NCBI GenBank assembly: GCA_051294375.1
Contig: CM119265.1
Location: 28,426,260-28,490,259, forward strand
Source of the DNA: Paraspadella gotoi
Taxonomy: Eukaryota > Animalia > Chaetognatha
Direction of reading: 5' to 3'
Length of the DNA: 64,000 nt
Part shown: positions 60,206-64,000 of the stretch, in pieces
How positions within the stretch are numbered: the stretch's first letter is position 1
Layout: each line of letters starts with the position of its first letter
Made by a program: the position numbers and the translations under genes
The notes under the pieces: generated by a model
Databases searched by the model: none
The model's input: the letters and a program-made list of their open reading frames with translations, nothing else
What the model was told of the DNA's origin: nothing

Positions 60206-61933
60206 GTTAAATTTAAAATTAAGTTTCGGCTTAAGCATACAATAATTTAACTTTTCAAAAAAATAATATTTAAATATTAATAAATTTATAAAAAAATATA
60301 ATAATAATATTTATAAAATAACAAAGTTTGTATTTATGATTACAATGATGATCATTGTAATGATCATTTAATAATTCGGAGAGAGAGAGAGATATCAAAA
60401 TTAAAATTGCCTTTCTCTCTATCTCTCAAAGTTAGTATCCAAATATTTATTAAAATTTTTAAAGGTTGAAGGTTAAAAAAAAAACAATAACCAAAACATA
60501 TCCGAATTATTAAATGATCGTGGTTATCACAAATAAAAACTGTCATTTTGTAAATATCTATCAAAGGCAGTGAAAAAAAGAAATATTACAATTACTAATA
60601 TTTAAAAAACATTTTTTAAAGAATTAAAAAGAAATCCTTAGCTCGTGAAGCTTAAAAAACGTTTTTAATATCATTGTTGTTACGGTCTTAAATTTTCTTT
60701 TCTGTAAAGAAACAAACTTTACTTTTTCTTCTTCTTTCTCTTCGTTTTCCCATAAGCCTCCAGAGCGTATTCAACTCCGGGATCGCCGTTTTTTTTTTAA
60801 ATTTTGAAAATGTGTTTTTCGATTTTGATCTGAGCTCAAAGTTTGGTGAAGATAAAATGCATGAAATAAAGAACCCGCAGACAGGCTCGAATGAGTGAAA
60901 CCCGCATATTCATAAGCGAATAGTTTTTTCTTTTCTTTTTTTTCAATTTTTTGGAAAAACTAGAAAGATTACAAGAAGTTTTAGAGCAAAGCAGTGCAGC
61001 TCCTCCGCTGCAGGGAAGCGAATGAGCTGAGCAGCGAAGGCAGCAGCCTGGATCGACCGTGAAAAAAGGAGCAGAGTAGTAGAGCAGCTGCGGAGAATGC
61101 TGCATGCTGCTCCTGAAGATCCAGGGTTCACGATTTAGAAGATTCGTATTAAATATATTTAGAAAAATTGATGATAAATAATTAAATAATTAAATAATTA
61201 GTTAAAACGAATAAGAAAAAATCTTGATTAAAAGGTTAAAAAAATAGGGATTATTTAAGAGGTTATTAAAGAGATAATTTAAAGATATTATTTGGAAATG
61301 AAAATAATGACCTCTATAATGACTGGATAGAGAGAGAGTGAGTGTGTGTGAGAGAGAGAGAGAGAGAGGGGTAGGGAGGGAGAGTGAGAAAGAGAAAGAA
61401 CATCTGTGAAGTGAGTTTTTCTCACAAATCTGTCACTAGATTGACATTTTCAGGCAGCAATAAATTTAAAACAAAAAAATGCTGGATGTTTTCTGTCCGT
61501 CTGTCTGCCAGTCCAATTTTCTTTCGTTGCCCGTATGTTTAAAATTTTGAGTAAAAATTTAAAAAAATAGATAAATAATAAAAAAAAAGAAATTCTGAGG
61601 CTTTTGTTTTTATTTCATTGTTAAACCAAAGCGCTACCTACTTTTAGCGACTCTAAACTATAGCTGTATAAAAGAAGATACGTTGTTAGAATTTTATTAA
61701 ATAAGACATAAGACACAATATCGCAATTTGTCTACTCTGCTCGTGATCATTTGTAACTGCGACCCATGGCCTATTCTCGGCCCGTCCTCTCTGAATGAAT
61801 TCTAATCTGAAAAAAAAAAACTTTATGTTCTTAACTTTTTTTCTTTTTTTCTTTGAGAAACAAGTGAAATAACAATCTCAAGAGACATTTAAACCTGAAC
61901 TTTGCAAAATCTATCATTTTAGCTTACGTAGAC

Positions 61934-61969
<36 letters not shown>

Positions 61970-62330
61970 CGTCAATATCACTACTCAATCAAAACCAAAT
62001 GCTACTTTCATTAGGTTATTAGATTATCAAGAAATAACATCACATATCAGAGATAGTTCTAATTCCAATGTGTATTTCAGAGTTTTAGCTTAACAAACGC
62101 ACCAATGAAAATAAAAATGATAGAAACATAAAATCCGGTACTATTTTAGGAATTATATTATTATTAAAAAGAAAATTAAATTTAAATTTAAATTTTTTTT
62201 CAGTGTGAATTTTTTTTTAAAATAATGTTTTGATTTATTTTGTTGTTTCATCTTTAAGGGCACGAGGGCAAAAAGGCGAGAACATAATAATTCAAGCTGC
62301 TATGTAGTAACGAAATAAATTGGGGGGAGG

Positions 62331-62383
<53 letters not shown>

Positions 62384-62658
62384 GATAAAAATAAAATACT
62401 ATGCAAAACAAAATATCACCCATTTAAACCACAGTTTGTTTTTTTTATACAATAAGATCACAAAATGACGTCATAAAAAAGTGAACATTTTTTGTACAAC
62501 TGGAAGTAAAACAAAAGAGAGGGCGGGGGAAGGGAAATTGAGAGTAAAACTTATGACTTAGCCTAAAATTGAGAATTAAACTTATAACTTCGCCCAAATA
62601 AAAAAATTAGGGGAAAATTAGGGAAAAATGGAGTGAGAGAGAGGGAAAGGGGGAAGAG

Positions 62659-62761
<103 letters not shown>

Positions 62762-63389
62762 ATGTTACAAATTTTGGCACAATTAAGGGAATTTTCGGTT
62801 CTCATTGTCTTCTTTGAGTGTCACACGACTAGCGTCACACACTCGTCGAACCAATCAAGAGAAACCGAGGACTAGTTAAGGTTAATACTAATTAAGCAAA
62901 TGTGAGCTCGGTTAAAAAAAAATTACAGCCTCCAAACAACGTGAATATAACTTAATTTAGTATTATTATTGGACTTTTTTTTAAATCCTTAACAGATTTT
63001 CAAAAACGATTGATATATATATATTTATAAACACGATTGTATTAAAAAAAATGAAGAGGATTTAAATAATGCCCATCCAAATCCCAACATTCGTGTTTTT
63101 ACGCTCGAAAGTTTCACTCGATGAGATAAACTTAATTCAAGCGAAAAAGAAAATAAAAGAGCAACTCTAAAAAAAAAGTTTAACCGACAATAGACGCGAT
63201 TTTTAAAGATATGATTTGGATAAACTAAATAATAATGATTACGAAACTGGTTTGAAAAAAAAAACAAGACAAAGGTATTTAAGCGAAATGTGTTTTGAAA
63301 AATGTCAATTGAGTAGTGATAAGTAAAAATCATGTGAGCCAATAACTCCAGTATATAGATAAAAAAAGGCAAGCTCTTTCTAACCAAGC

Positions 63390-63960
63390 ATCCCAATCAA
63401 TCAACGTCTTTACCAATCATTTCCTAATCCGTCACAGCCTGAACATATTATATTCTTCTTTCAATCCCCAGTTCAAACAATCAATTCGACAAAACAACCT
63501 ATCTACCAATCATTTCTTCATTCAATCAAACAATCACTTTCACGACCAATCAATCAATCAAACAACCCTTAAACATTTCTACCAATCATTTCGTTATTCA
63601 ATCAAACAATCACTTTCACGACTATTTAATCAATCAATTAGCCGTTAAACCTTTCTACCAATCATTTTTTAATTAATCAAACAATCACTTTCACGACCAT
63701 TCAATTAATCAATCAACCGTTAAACCTTTTTTCCAATGACTTTATCATGAATCAACCAATCAATGCTACAACAACTCATTTCCTTAATCAATCAAACAAT
63801 CAATCAATCTCTTGCCTAACCAATCACTTCAACAAATCATTACTTCGACCAATAAAGCAATAACTTTCACAACGAATCAAGCAATTATTTCAACCAATCA
63901 CTTTTCCACAACCAATCAATCAATCACTATTCACAACCAATGAAACAATCAAACAACCCC
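63390..63960. repeat. Degenerate ACCAATCA/(AATC)n satellite
   Basis: Recurrent CTACCAATCATTT..AATCAAACAATCACTTTCACGAC units. Confidence 0.7.
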
Positions 63961-64000
63961 GTTCCCCAACATCGTCTTTAACGTCTTCATCTTCTCGGTC

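Overview
AT-rich, microsatellite-laden invertebrate (metazoan) genomic DNA with short N gaps and probable 1-nt indel errors. Host genes: the 5' part of a myophilin/transgelin-type calponin-homology gene (minus, <1-734); three tandem six-exon paralogues encoding secreted, Cys-poor helical proteins (4959-15812); a secreted His-rich/MQxG-repeat protein (16573-19465); and a minus-strand Ig-like/TM/TIR-like receptor (47583-58850). The centre (~21-46.5 kb) is an accessory block. It holds an intronless RNA-virus-like two-ORF cassette joined by a textbook -1 frameshift signal (G GGU UUU plus H-type pseudoknot, present in two copies), several LTR-like repeats whose tRNA-Lys primer-binding site extends into a partial or complete antisense tRNA with CCA, and orphan ORFs including two paralogues with a WRPC..C..CHH motif. 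Other mobile DNA: hAT elements with exact 8-bp TSDs, a CsRn1-like Gypsy remnant, Helentron-like repeats and two minimal hammerhead ribozymes. All family assignments come from motifs read by eye; no searches were run.
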